Source: Chthonomonadales bacterium
GTDB lineage: Bacteria; Armatimonadota; Chthonomonadetes; Chthonomonadales; Chthonomonadaceae
NCBI GenBank assembly: GCA_038217285.1
Contig: JBBQPO010000128.1
Span: 1-16,843, forward strand
DNA: 16,843 nt
Direction: 5' to 3'
Numbering within the stretch: the stretch's first letter is position 1; each line of letters opens with the position of its first letter. The position numbers and the translations under genes are program-made. The notes beneath the pieces were generated by a model. That model was not told where the DNA came from. It searched no databases and saw only the letters and a program-made list of their open reading frames with translations. Below are positions 7,756 to 15,885 of the stretch, piece by piece.

Positions 7756-8490
7756 ATGTTAATGAACGATGCACAACTCACCGAGTACCAGTCTCAGGGC
7801 TTCGTCGTACTGGATCATGTCTTCACAGGTGAGGAGATGGCGGAGTTGGCTTTGTTAATCGAGGCGCACCATGCGGAGCACGAGGAGAGATTGCGGAAGC
7901 TGGGGACCGAAGGGATCTCGCGCGCAGGCGAAATCGCGTTTACCAGCCATCTCGCGGAACGAGATCCCGCGCTGTTGAAATTCGTGCGTCGGCCTGAATT
8001 CGTCGAAATTACGACGAAAGTGCTTGGCCCCGATGTCGATCTCTACTGGAACCAGTCGGTCTATAAAGAGGGCCACGGCGCCGCCGAATTCCCGTGGCAT
8101 CAGGACGATGGCTACACGCCGGTCGTTCCCAGCCCGTACCTGACTCTCTGGCTCGCCGTCAACGATGCTACCGTGGAGAATGGCTGTCTCTCAGTCATAC
8201 CGCAGTCCCATGAGCACGGCCTTGTACCGCATACGCAGACCGACGTCGGGCTCGCCTGCCATCCCCTCGACGATCCCGACCAGGGTGTGCCGACGCCGAT
8301 ACCGGCCGGATCGATGATCGCGATGCAGTCGCTTACTTTTCACAAAAGCGGGGTCAACCGGTCCAGTGGAATGCGCAAAGCGTACATCGTTCAGTACTCG
8401 GCGGCGGGCTTACGCGATGCGAAAACCGGGGAGATCCTTCCAGACAAATGGCCCGTGGCGCGACACGGACGATCCGTCGAAGGGAGTTAG
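7756..8490 (+). CDS. Phytanoyl-CoA dioxygenase (PhyH) family Fe(II)/2OG dioxygenase
   Basis: YQSQGFVVL, PWHQDDGY (HxD), WLAVNDATVENGCLSVIPQSH, FHKSGVN, R in MRKAY. Start at 7756 or 7762 after CAGGAG. Confidence 0.9.
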   Translation: MLMNDAQLTEYQSQGFVVLDHVFTGEEMAELALLIEAHHAEHEERLRKLGTEGISRAGEIAFTSHLAERDPALLKFVRRPEFVEITTKVLGPDVDLYWNQSVYKEGHGAAEFPWHQDDGYTPVVPSPYLTLWLAVNDATVENGCLSVIPQSHEHGLVPHTQTDVGLACHPLDDPDQGVPTPIPAGSMIAMQSLTFHKSGVNRSSGMRKAYIVQYSAAGLRDAKTGEILPDKWPVARHGRSVEGS

Positions 8491-8517
8491 CCGCGCCTTG
8501 CGGCTGATAAGGCTACT

Positions 8518-9291
8518 ATGGACATTACACAGACACATCAGGCCAACGCCGTCTGGTGGAACGAGACGGCGCGGTGGTATGGAGCGGACGAGGCCGAAGC
8601 CATCGCGTTTTTGCGCTCGGGCGGCAACTATCTGTTCCCCACAGAAAAGGAGCTCCTGGGCGACCTTGCGCCGTGGTGCCGACGCGCCATTCACCTCCAG
8701 TGCTCGCATGGCAACGACGGTCTGTCGCTGCTTCGGCAGGGCGCGGCGGAGGTCGTGGGCGTCGATATCAGTGAGCACCTGCTCGGAGTCGCCCGCCGTA
8801 AGTCCGACGCCATCGACGCTCCGGCGCACTGGGTTCAGACCGATATTCTGGAGACGCCCCACAATCTGGACGGAACCGCCGACCTGGTCTATACCGGCAA
8901 GGGAGCGCTCTGCTGGATGATGGACCTCTCGGCCTGGGCCAGAGTCGTCGCCCGCCTGCTCATTCCGGGCGGCCTCTTCTTCGTCTATGAATCCCATCCC
9001 CTGGACTGGGTCTGGAACACGGACACTGCCGGGTACGAACTCGACGCCGAGCATGGAGACTACTTCTCTTCCGAACGGCGAGAGCGTCTGTTCTCGCAGG
9101 CCACGGAAGCCACACCCCGGTATCGACAATGGACCCTGGGGGAGATCGTCAACAGCCTGATTGCGGCCGGCCTGAATATCGAATCCCTGACCGAGTACCC
9201 GGACCCGTTCTGGGACCAGTTTTCCGCCATGCCGAAGGAGACCCTGAGGCGATTGCCGCACGCCTTTGCTTTGCAGGCACGCAAACGCTGA
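8518..9291 (+). CDS. Class I SAM-dependent methyltransferase
   Basis: Motif I variant AIHLQCSHGNDG, VVGVDIS, ADLVYTGKGALCW, LIPGGLFFVYESHP, WTLGEIVNSLIAAGL. Confidence 0.9.
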   Translation: MDITQTHQANAVWWNETARWYGADEAEAIAFLRSGGNYLFPTEKELLGDLAPWCRRAIHLQCSHGNDGLSLLRQGAAEVVGVDISEHLLGVARRKSDAIDAPAHWVQTDILETPHNLDGTADLVYTGKGALCWMMDLSAWARVVARLLIPGGLFFVYESHPLDWVWNTDTAGYELDAEHGDYFSSERRERLFSQATEATPRYRQWTLGEIVNSLIAAGLNIESLTEYPDPFWDQFSAMPKETLRRLPHAFALQARKR

Positions 9292-9297
9292 ACAAGA

Positions 9298-9518
9298 GCC
9301 GCCCCTAAAGGAGCGGTCTGATGCGGTAAGCCCCCTAAAGGGGGCTGGGTCTGACGCGAGCACAGGCGAATGCGCAAGGAAACAGGGTGTTAGCGATGCC
9401 TCGTGGAGAGATTTGCTCTCCCTTTCAACCATCCCAGGCCCATTTATGGGCCTTAACCTTCCCCAACGGGCCGCTCCTTTAGGGGCGGCAACCTTAAGGA
9501 GCGGTCTGATGCGGTAAG
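9298..9518. repeat. REP/REPIN-like cluster of TAAA-loop palindromes
   Basis: Perfect 19-bp inverted pair at 9298-9316 / 9471-9489. Inner inverted hairpins at 9328-9349 / 9433-9454. 23-bp direct repeat at 9308-9330 / 9496-9518. Confidence 0.75.
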
Positions 9519-10936
9519 GCTGCCGGGCGCCGCAGTTTGCTGCCGCTCCAGTTGGCTTCAACCACTGGAGGATCGGCATAGGCGGCATATTGGTCGGGGA
9601 TACGGGCCGTTGTATTGTCGCCTTTGTGGAAGACGAGGCGATAGTGTAAGGTCAGACTGGAGTCGGCGGCGACGGTGTAGTTGCCGGCATCTTTGGGGCC
9701 GAGTTTAAAGTCGTGGAGTGCGAAGGGATTGACGGTGAACAGGGAGTAGTCGCGGGCGTGCCAGGTCTGCGGGTGCCGGAAATTTTGCGGGCTGTCGAAC
9801 ATGGCCACCCCCCACGTCTGGGCACCTACGGGTCCCCAGTAGTCCACCCACTCCGCCGCTTTCCCCCAGGCCGCTCCGTCTTTATCGCCGACAGAGTTGA
9901 TGTAGTGTCCGGTACCGGGCCGCGCCGGTTTGACCGAAGGGTTGACAGAGAGTGAATCCGGCAGCCGAAGGCCAAAAACGCCGTCCTTGTTATCTCCGAA
10001 GAGCAGTGGGCCACCGTCCGGCTTCATGGTAATGGCAAAATCGAGCAGGCGGTCCCCGTTGGGAAGCGGGCAGATATGGACGGTACGGGTGTCGGTGGCA
10101 ATCCGTTTGCCTTCCGGCGTGATCCAGTCTGTCGTGGCCGTAAACTCACCGAAGACCGGGCCGCTGACCAACTCGGTAAAGCCGGTATTGACGGTCTTGC
10201 CGAGTTTGACCTTGTCTGTCTCGACTTCCGTCCAGAAGTCCACGCCATCGACACTGCTATGCGTGAACCAGAGGCCGCGATGATGCGGATGATCGTGGCT
10301 TTCGGCAGGATCAGCGCCCGGTTCCACCGGCCAACGCCGCGTCAGATTTTGGTTATCCGGCGTCAGGATCGGATAGAAAAATGGCTTGTTCGGTCCGCTG
10401 TGGGTGGTATAGCGGGTAAAGAGGCTGCCCGCGACCTTGATCTCGATATCCGTGCCGACCTGTGCGACCTTCACGCCTGTGTCCATACCGAAGCGGCCTG
10501 TCCGGACAGGATTTAGCCGAAACGGCAGCGTCTCCCCTTTCTCGATGCGCGGCAGGATGAACGAGAGAGTCGTCAGTCCATGCACGGTCTGAAACTGGCA
10601 CGGAATCGACGGAGAGAGCTTTTTCTCAGGGCGAGCGAGAGAGAGTTCCCACTGACTGCCAGGGCGCATCGCGACCCTGACGAAAGAGGCCGGAACCGGC
10701 AGGGTGAGGAGCGCATCGATGCAAGCGTGTGTCGGAGACCGAACGGTAAACAGCGGATAGGTGTCTGCGGCCCGCCCGTTCCGCGCCGACAGCAGTACGA
10801 ACAGGCCAAGCATCGCCAGCAGAGACACCGTTCGAAATCGGCCCGTTCCCCACTCTGCTCTCGACGGGCGCCGGGCGAAACAGACGGGCTCGAAATGAGA
10901 TTCACGAGGCAGCGGAAGCGTTTTCAATGCGTTCAA
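9494..10936 (-). CDS. DUF6807 / PF14100 ('PmoA family')-like protein, probably exported; start uncertain (TTG 10936 or ATG 10813)
   Basis: KPFFYPILTP, LTRRWP, DHPHHRGLWF, WGKAAEWVDYWG, MFDSPQNFRHPQTWHARDY. Signal-like segment LLAMLGLFVLLSARNGRA. Confidence 0.75.
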   Translation of the reverse strand: MNALKTLPLPRESHFEPVCFARRPSRAEWGTGRFRTVSLLAMLGLFVLLSARNGRAADTYPLFTVRSPTHACIDALLTLPVPASFVRVAMRPGSQWELSLARPEKKLSPSIPCQFQTVHGLTTLSFILPRIEKGETLPFRLNPVRTGRFGMDTGVKVAQVGTDIEIKVAGSLFTRYTTHSGPNKPFFYPILTPDNQNLTRRWPVEPGADPAESHDHPHHRGLWFTHSSVDGVDFWTEVETDKVKLGKTVNTGFTELVSGPVFGEFTATTDWITPEGKRIATDTRTVHICPLPNGDRLLDFAITMKPDGGPLLFGDNKDGVFGLRLPDSLSVNPSVKPARPGTGHYINSVGDKDGAAWGKAAEWVDYWGPVGAQTWGVAMFDSPQNFRHPQTWHARDYSLFTVNPFALHDFKLGPKDAGNYTVAADSSLTLHYRLVFHKGDNTTARIPDQYAAYADPPVVEANWSGSKLRRPAALPHQTAP

Positions 10937-10997
10937 TCTATTCTGTCTCCTCGCTATTTCGATTGGTGAGACCGTCCTCTTGCATGGCGCGGCTCCT

Positions 10998-11408
10998 TTA
11001 CTTCACCTGATCGGCTCCGAGATTGGAAAGCGCGTCGGCGCGCTTGTTGAGTTCGCGGCGCACGTGCGTCACCGACGCCGCGTCGAACTGTTTGAGCAGC
11101 AGTCTGGCGCGCTGGTAGAGGGGAATGAGGTGGGCCGCTTTGACGGCGTACTTCCCGTTGAGTTGGTGCGCCATCAGTTCGCTATCGGTGTAGACGGCGA
11201 GGCGACTGCATCCGAGAGCGCGCGCCTCTTCCAGCGCACGGATCATGGCGGTATATTCGGCGACGTTGTTGGTGGTGCGACCCAGCGGTTCGGCGATCTC
11301 TTTCACGACCGTGCCCTCGGCGTCCTCGATGACGACACCGACGCCCGCAGGGCCGGGATTGCCCCGCGCCGCGCCGTCCACGTGGGCTGTCCAGTGGGTC
11401 GCACTCAT
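10998..11408 (-). CDS. rnhA: Ribonuclease HI family protein, 136 aa
   Basis: VDGAARGNPGPAG, TNNVAEY, TDSELM, HVRRELNKRADAL carry the D-E-D-D catalytic set. The ATG at 11408 overlaps the upstream stop (ATGA). Confidence 0.92.
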   Translation of the reverse strand: MSATHWTAHVDGAARGNPGPAGVGVVIEDAEGTVVKEIAEPLGRTTNNVAEYTAMIRALEEARALGCSRLAVYTDSELMAHQLNGKYAVKAAHLIPLYQRARLLLKQFDAASVTHVRRELNKRADALSNLGADQVK

Positions 11409-12124
11409 TTTTTTGGCTCCCCCTCGCAGAGCATCCGTCCGCAGTTGAGACAGGTTTCGATGTCTTTGCCGAGGTGCAGACGGGTAATGATCTGGGAGGG
11501 CAGGCCCATACGGCACCCACCGCAGGTATTGCCATCGAGGACGGGCGCGATACCGATGCCCTGATTCGCCCTCCGCAGCTCATCGTAGCGCCTCAGGAGC
11601 GGGGCGGGTATCGGCTTGACAGCCTGTTCGCGGTAGGCGGTCAGCTTCTGCGCGGTGGCCGACATCTCACTGGCGGATGCCTGCGCCACTGCGAGCTTGG
11701 CCTTCAGCGCGGCGCGCGCCACGCTCAGGGCCTTTTTCGCAACGACCTGATGCTGTTTTGCCGATTCGACCTCTTCCATCAGCAAAACGATCTTCTCGTC
11801 GAGGCGGCTGCGCTGCCGGGCCAGCATCTCGATCTCTTCCTGCATCGCGGTCATTTCCTTGGGGTTTCGCACCGTGCCGCTATAGAGCTTCTTTTCTTCC
11901 GCAGCGCGTTTCTCTTCGACGGCTTTCTGTTCCAATTCCGTGTCTTTGAGCATCCCGCTGTGACCATGCAGCGCATGATCCAGTTCCTTGAAAGCGGCAT
12001 TGGCGGCATCGTAGGCGGCCTTTTCGGCGGCTCCTTTATCGAGGACGGCGAATTTCCGCTTCAGGGCGTCCATGCCGCTATCGAGTTTCTGCAACGCATA
12101 GAGCGCGGCCAGTTGTTCCTTCAT
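11405..12124 (-). CDS. Coiled-coil protein with C4-type zinc ribbon (DUF164, HP0958/CT398-like)
   Basis: N-terminal LYALQKLD, long heptad region, C-terminal CGGCRM...CLNCGRML. Adjacency to RNase HI is a known context. Confidence 0.88.
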   Translation of the reverse strand: MKEQLAALYALQKLDSGMDALKRKFAVLDKGAAEKAAYDAANAAFKELDHALHGHSGMLKDTELEQKAVEEKRAAEEKKLYSGTVRNPKEMTAMQEEIEMLARQRSRLDEKIVLLMEEVESAKQHQVVAKKALSVARAALKAKLAVAQASASEMSATAQKLTAYREQAVKPIPAPLLRRYDELRRANQGIGIAPVLDGNTCGGCRMGLPSQIITRLHLGKDIETCLNCGRMLCEGEPKK

Positions 12125-12309
12125 CGGTTTTTCCTACTCTTTCCGACAGTGTGTGTCTGCTACGCTTGTTCGACACAATGGGGCCAAAGCCCTGCTTTTT
12201 TCATCTTGCCCTTTTCTTTAGTCTCTATCGCAGGATAGAATAGCCTTCGACACAACCCTGAAACCCGTTGGCTCGCGCAAAAATTCTCTGGGGAACCGCC
12301 GAAATCCGT

Positions 12310-12335
12310 GCAACTTTTTCGCCTCTGGTCCCGTC
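12310..12335 (+). promoter_or_regulatory. Possible ECF-sigma promoter
   Basis: GCAAC (12310-12314), 17 nt, CGTC (12332-12335), matching the general AAC...CGT ECF pattern. Confidence 0.35.
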
Positions 12336-12486
12336 ACTAATCTGTAGAGGTTATCGAAAGTATGGCCTTTCCCTGTAACTGCTGGTGTAATCGATGCCGG
12401 AAGCTCCATACGCCTCTTGCCATGCAATGTTCGCACTGATCTGGCCCTGTAGCACAGACGTCCCATGAGGGAGGAGTACACACATC

Positions 12487-12702
12487 ATGAGGCACAAGTT
12501 CGCATACGACGCGACGAATGAAGATCTGTTTCTTGCGGGCGAAAAGGTCTGCCCGGGTATCTACCGTCAGATTGGGGGGGAACGCGAGGTCAGACTGGAG
12601 CGGGAAGATATCCTTCCGGCAAGTCTGGACGGACGCGTAGCCTGCTATATGCGCGTTAACCCGTGGGGCCAGATGGACCGTCAACACGCGGCGCAATCGT
12701 AG
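12487..12702 (+). CDS. Small hypothetical protein, 71 aa
   Basis: Strong RBS GGAGGAG, ATG start, followed by a terminator. Fills the only gap between divergent and convergent genes. Confidence 0.75.
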   Translation: MRHKFAYDATNEDLFLAGEKVCPGIYRQIGGEREVRLEREDILPASLDGRVACYMRVNPWGQMDRQHAAQS

Positions 12703-12727
12703 CCAGCGCCGAACGGATCATTCCGAG

Positions 12728-12754
12728 AAAGCCGCTCGTATCGAGCGGCTTTTT
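12728..12754. terminator. Bidirectional intrinsic terminator
   Basis: AAAGCCGCTCG-TAT-CGAGCGGCTTTTT between the convergent 71-aa ORF and moeA. Confidence 0.85.
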
Positions 12755-12765
12755 GCTGCCCGAGT

Positions 12766-13986
12766 TCAGAGCAGAATCACCTCGACAATGGCCTGCGCGG
12801 GCAGATTCGCCGCTTCGGTCGGAACAATGAGGAGGGAGTTCGCGGCCGTCATGGAGCTGAGCATGCCAGAGCCTTGCGCTTCCGTCGGGGTGGTGATAAA
12901 CCGTCCCTGTTCGGTACGCGTGAAAGCGCGCACGTACTCCCGTCGCCCCGGCAGATGCGCGACAGGATGCGTGAGGGTCGCCTCGACACGCGGTCGCTCC
13001 AGGGCGGTACGCCCTGCCATTTTCCAGAGCGCGGGCCGGACGAACATCTCAAAGGTCACCATCGCGGAGACGGGATTACCAGGCAGTCCGAAAAACAGCG
13101 TTCTGCCGATACTTCCGAAGGCCAGCGGCTTACCCGGTTTCATCGCCACCCGCCAAAGGTCGAGCCTACCCAGCTTCTCCAGCGCCGGCTTCACGAAATC
13201 CCGATCTCCGACGGAGACTCCACCTGCGCTCAGGATGACATCCGCGCCCGTCTCCGGCGCGGACAACGTTCGGAACGCGGCCTCTATCGCCTCCAGGTCG
13301 TCGTGCACATGTGTGAGAGAGTGAATCCAACCTCCCGCCTCCTGCACCAGCGCCGCCAGCATATAGCGGTTGCTATTGCGGATGTGTCCGGGCGGCGGCA
13401 GCTCGCCCGACCCGATGTCCACGATCTCGTCGCCTGTCGTGACGACGGCAACGCGCGCCTGCCGATAGACGGGCACGGTAGCAAATCCCAGCGTTGCCAG
13501 CATGCCCACCTCGGCAGGACGCAGCAGGGTTCCTGCGCTCAGCGCCTGATCTCCACGCCGCATCTCCTCCCCGTGGCGTCGGACATGCTGTTCTGCCCGC
13601 GTTTCCGCGCGAATCTCCACCACGCCCGCTTCCGTAATGGCGGTATCTTCGACCATCACCATCGCATCGGCTCCGGGCGGCAGCGGCCCCCCGGTCATCA
13701 CCCGCGCTGTCGTCCCCGTCTGCACCGTCTGCATCGCCAGTGCACCCGCAGGCACGGCGTCGAGCGTGTGTAATCGGCACGGCCTGGCCGCAGTCGCTCC
13801 GAGGGTGTCGATGGCCCGCACCGCGTAGCCGTCCACCGCCGCATTGTCGAAGGGCGGCAGATCGGTATCGGCGCAGGCCGCCTCCGCCAGCACACGCCCT
13901 GCCGACTGGAGGAGTGGCACCTGCTCTGCCGGCAATCGTTCAACCTGCCCCATGATCGCATCCCAAGCCTCTTCGACCGTTCGCAT
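12766..13986 (-). CDS. moeA: Molybdopterin molybdenumtransferase MoeA
   Basis: GRVLAE, PPFDNAAVDGYAV, VMTGGPLPPGADAMVMVED, TTGDEI, SAGGVSVGDRDFV, MKPGKP, GLPGNPVS, QGSG. Start MRTVEEA after GGGAGGGG. Confidence 0.96.
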   Translation of the reverse strand: MRTVEEAWDAIMGQVERLPAEQVPLLQSAGRVLAEAACADTDLPPFDNAAVDGYAVRAIDTLGATAARPCRLHTLDAVPAGALAMQTVQTGTTARVMTGGPLPPGADAMVMVEDTAITEAGVVEIRAETRAEQHVRRHGEEMRRGDQALSAGTLLRPAEVGMLATLGFATVPVYRQARVAVVTTGDEIVDIGSGELPPPGHIRNSNRYMLAALVQEAGGWIHSLTHVHDDLEAIEAAFRTLSAPETGADVILSAGGVSVGDRDFVKPALEKLGRLDLWRVAMKPGKPLAFGSIGRTLFFGLPGNPVSAMVTFEMFVRPALWKMAGRTALERPRVEATLTHPVAHLPGRREYVRAFTRTEQGRFITTPTEAQGSGMLSSMTAANSLLIVPTEAANLPAQAIVEVILL

Positions 13987-14252
13987 CGCATCCCCTCCCC
14001 CAGCCACCAGTGTCCCATTCGGCGGTGGACCTTCGTCGAATCTATAGTTGTTGAATGAAGGGGTGTCGCTTCGCGGCAGGCCATTCCCCTCCACGAAGCG
14101 AAGAAACCCCATTGAGCACTGTACGTTCGGTTTGTGCTGAAGAGTTCAATCGCGCAGGCAGAATGACATTTTCAACGCCATCCTGCGGGCACGATGACCA
14201 TGAACTCTCGACTGTCTCTGAAAATAGGGCAGGATCATTGGCGGAATCTACC

Positions 14253-14282
14253 TTGACAGTGGACGCCTGGAGAGGGTATAAT
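14253..14282 (+). promoter_or_regulatory. sigma70 promoter of the infC operon
   Basis: Perfect TTGACA (14253-14258), 18-nt spacer, TATAAT (14277-14282). Confidence 0.88.
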
Positions 14283-14371
14283 GCGTCCCGTCTGGTGGCA
14301 ATTTGCTCTCAAGAAAGAGCTCAGTCGCGAACAGGTCGCGGCGTCGTGCCATGCTGCCGGAGGGGTGATCC

Positions 14372-14902
14372 ATCAACAAGGATTTTCGTGTTAATGAAAT
14401 GATTTTGCGCGGGCCGCGCGATCAACGCATCCGGGATGTCCGTGTCATTGACGATGAGGGACAACCCATCGGAATCATGCCAGCGCGAGACGCCCTGACG
14501 CTTGCGCAGGAAAAGGGCCTCGACCTCATTGAGGTCGCGCCCCAGGCCCAGCCGCCCGTTTGCCGCATCATGGACTACGGCAAATACAAGTACGAACAGG
14601 GCAAGCGTGAGCGAGAGCAGCACAAGAAGTCGCGTCAACAGGAGATTAAGGGCATCAAAATGCGCCCGGTCACCCAGGAACATGACTTTCAGGTGCGCGT
14701 CAAGCATACGCAGGAGTTTTTGGAGAAGGGCGACAAAGTCAAAGTCACTATCCAGTTCAAGGCCCGTGAGATCACCCACCCGGAGATCGCACGCAAGTTG
14801 ATGGATAAGATGATTCTGGCGATTGCCGACCATGCGATCATCGAGAAGCCGCCGTCGCTGGAAGGCAAGATGCTCACGATGATCCTCAGTCCTAAACCCT
14901 GA
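14372..14902 (+). CDS. infC: Translation initiation factor IF-3, predicted ATC start
   Basis: GLDLIEVAP..PPVCRIMDYGKYKYE, GDKVKVTIQFKARE. Homology extends upstream of ATG 14399 (INKDFRVNE) to ATC 14372, which follows the RBS GGAGGGGTGA. Confidence 0.95.
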   Translation: MNKDFRVNEMILRGPRDQRIRDVRVIDDEGQPIGIMPARDALTLAQEKGLDLIEVAPQAQPPVCRIMDYGKYKYEQGKREREQHKKSRQQEIKGIKMRPVTQEHDFQVRVKHTQEFLEKGDKVKVTIQFKAREITHPEIARKLMDKMILAIADHAIIEKPPSLEGKMLTMILSPKP

Positions 14903-14935
14903 CCCTCGACAAGAACCGCACGGCCCATAGTGCAG

Positions 14936-14967
14936 GGAAGCCGGAGGGATCAACCCGGCTTCCTTTC
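14936..14967 (+). terminator. Hairpin after infC (weak terminator or regulatory stem)
   Basis: GGAAGCCGG (14936-14944) / CCGGCTTCC (14955-14963) followed by only TTTC. Confidence 0.5.
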
Positions 14968-15068
14968 ACCTGTGTCTTACTGTTCTGCGGACGATGCGAA
15001 CGATGTTCGTGTCTTCACGGCACTCATTCCAACTAGAAACGCCCGCAGAGGGCGACAGGGATACGCAC

Positions 15069-15284
15069 TTGAAGGTAAAGAAGAATAAGATCAAAACCCG
15101 CAAGACGGTCGTCAAGCGGTTCACCAAGACCGCGACCGGCAAACTGATGCGCGGTAAGACCGGCCTCAACCACCTGATGCGCAAGAAAGACGCCAACCGC
15201 AAGCGGAACCTCAACAACGATGCGGTGCTGTTCAAGGGCGATCTCAAACGCATCACCCGTATGCTCGGCAAAGGCCTCGACTAG
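15069..15284 (+). CDS. rpmI: 50S ribosomal protein L35 (TTG start inferred)
   Basis: KIKTRKTVVKRFTKTATGK...GLNHLMRKK...RKRNL; position between infC and rplT. Confidence 0.93.
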   Translation: MKVKKNKIKTRKTVVKRFTKTATGKLMRGKTGLNHLMRKKDANRKRNLNNDAVLFKGDLKRITRMLGKGLD

Positions 15285-15368
15285 TTTCACGCCGCTGTCG
15301 CTCCCGGTCAGCTCTGGTTTGACCGTCAATAACCGTGTGCTGACCGTTTGTGGAAAGGATGTTTCGAT

Positions 15369-15749
15369 ATGGCTCGCGTGAAACGTGGGATGATGACCCA
15401 CAAGCGCCATAAAAAGGTGCTTGAAGCTGCCAAAGGATACTGGGGCGGCAAACGTAATCTGTTCAAGACTGCCAACGAGCAGTTCATGAAGTCGGGCAAC
15501 TATGCCTACCGGGATCGGCGTAACAAGAAGCGCGAATTCCGCGCCCTCTGGATTATCCGCATCAGCGCGGCCTGCCGCGCCGAAGGTATGCAGTACTGCC
15601 GCTTCATCGACGGGCTGAACAAAGCCGGAATCACGCTGGACCGCAAGGTCATGGCGGAGATGGCAGTCAGCGATCCCGCGTCGTTTACGCAGCTCATCGC
15701 GCAGGCGGCGAGCATGCTGAATCAGACGGGAGAGCCGGCGGCGGCGTAA
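15369..15749 (+). CDS. rplT: 50S ribosomal protein L20
   Basis: MARVKRG...AKGYWG...[21 protein letters not shown]...[20 protein letters not shown]. Confidence 0.97.
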   Translation: MARVKRGMMTHKRHKKVLEAAKGYWGGKRNLFKTANEQFMKSGNYAYRDRRNKKREFRALWIIRISAACRAEGMQYCRFIDGLNKAGITLDRKVMAEMAVSDPASFTQLIAQAASMLNQTGEPAAA

Positions 15750-15885
15750 CGAAACGCCCCGCGACGGACCACAACCTGAAGTCCAGCGTTCTGTAAAGGC
15801 GCCCCCATTTCGGACTCTCCCGTGCGCACTTTCGGAGAGTGAGAATTGTGGGGCGTCTTGTTGTGTCTGGAGAAGGGAGAGACCA

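Noticed and set aside
9298-9518. CRISPR array
   Set aside because: Units are inverted and irregular with no uniform spacers, and there are no cas genes in the window.
9494-10936. Methane monooxygenase function implied by the 'PmoA family' label
   Set aside because: The protein is soluble and beta-rich rather than a membrane PmoA subunit, and there are no pmoB/pmoC genes nearby.
12125-12486. RNase P RNA or tRNA next to the zinc-ribbon/RNase HI genes
   Set aside because: No GAGGAAAGTCC signature or cloverleaf found on either strand.
13987-14160. Possible Moco riboswitch, or the 42-aa N-terminal extension of moeA given in the ORF track
   Set aside because: A long stem (GGGGT..TCGCTTCG / CGAAGCGA..ACCCC) exists, but I cannot match Moco riboswitch motifs. 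The RBS and MoeA homology support a start at 13986.
15750-15885. T-box or PheM-type attenuator before pheS
   Set aside because: No T-box GGTGGNACC motif, no Phe-rich uORF and no clear U-tract terminator; only generic stems (ACGCCCC/GGGGCGT).
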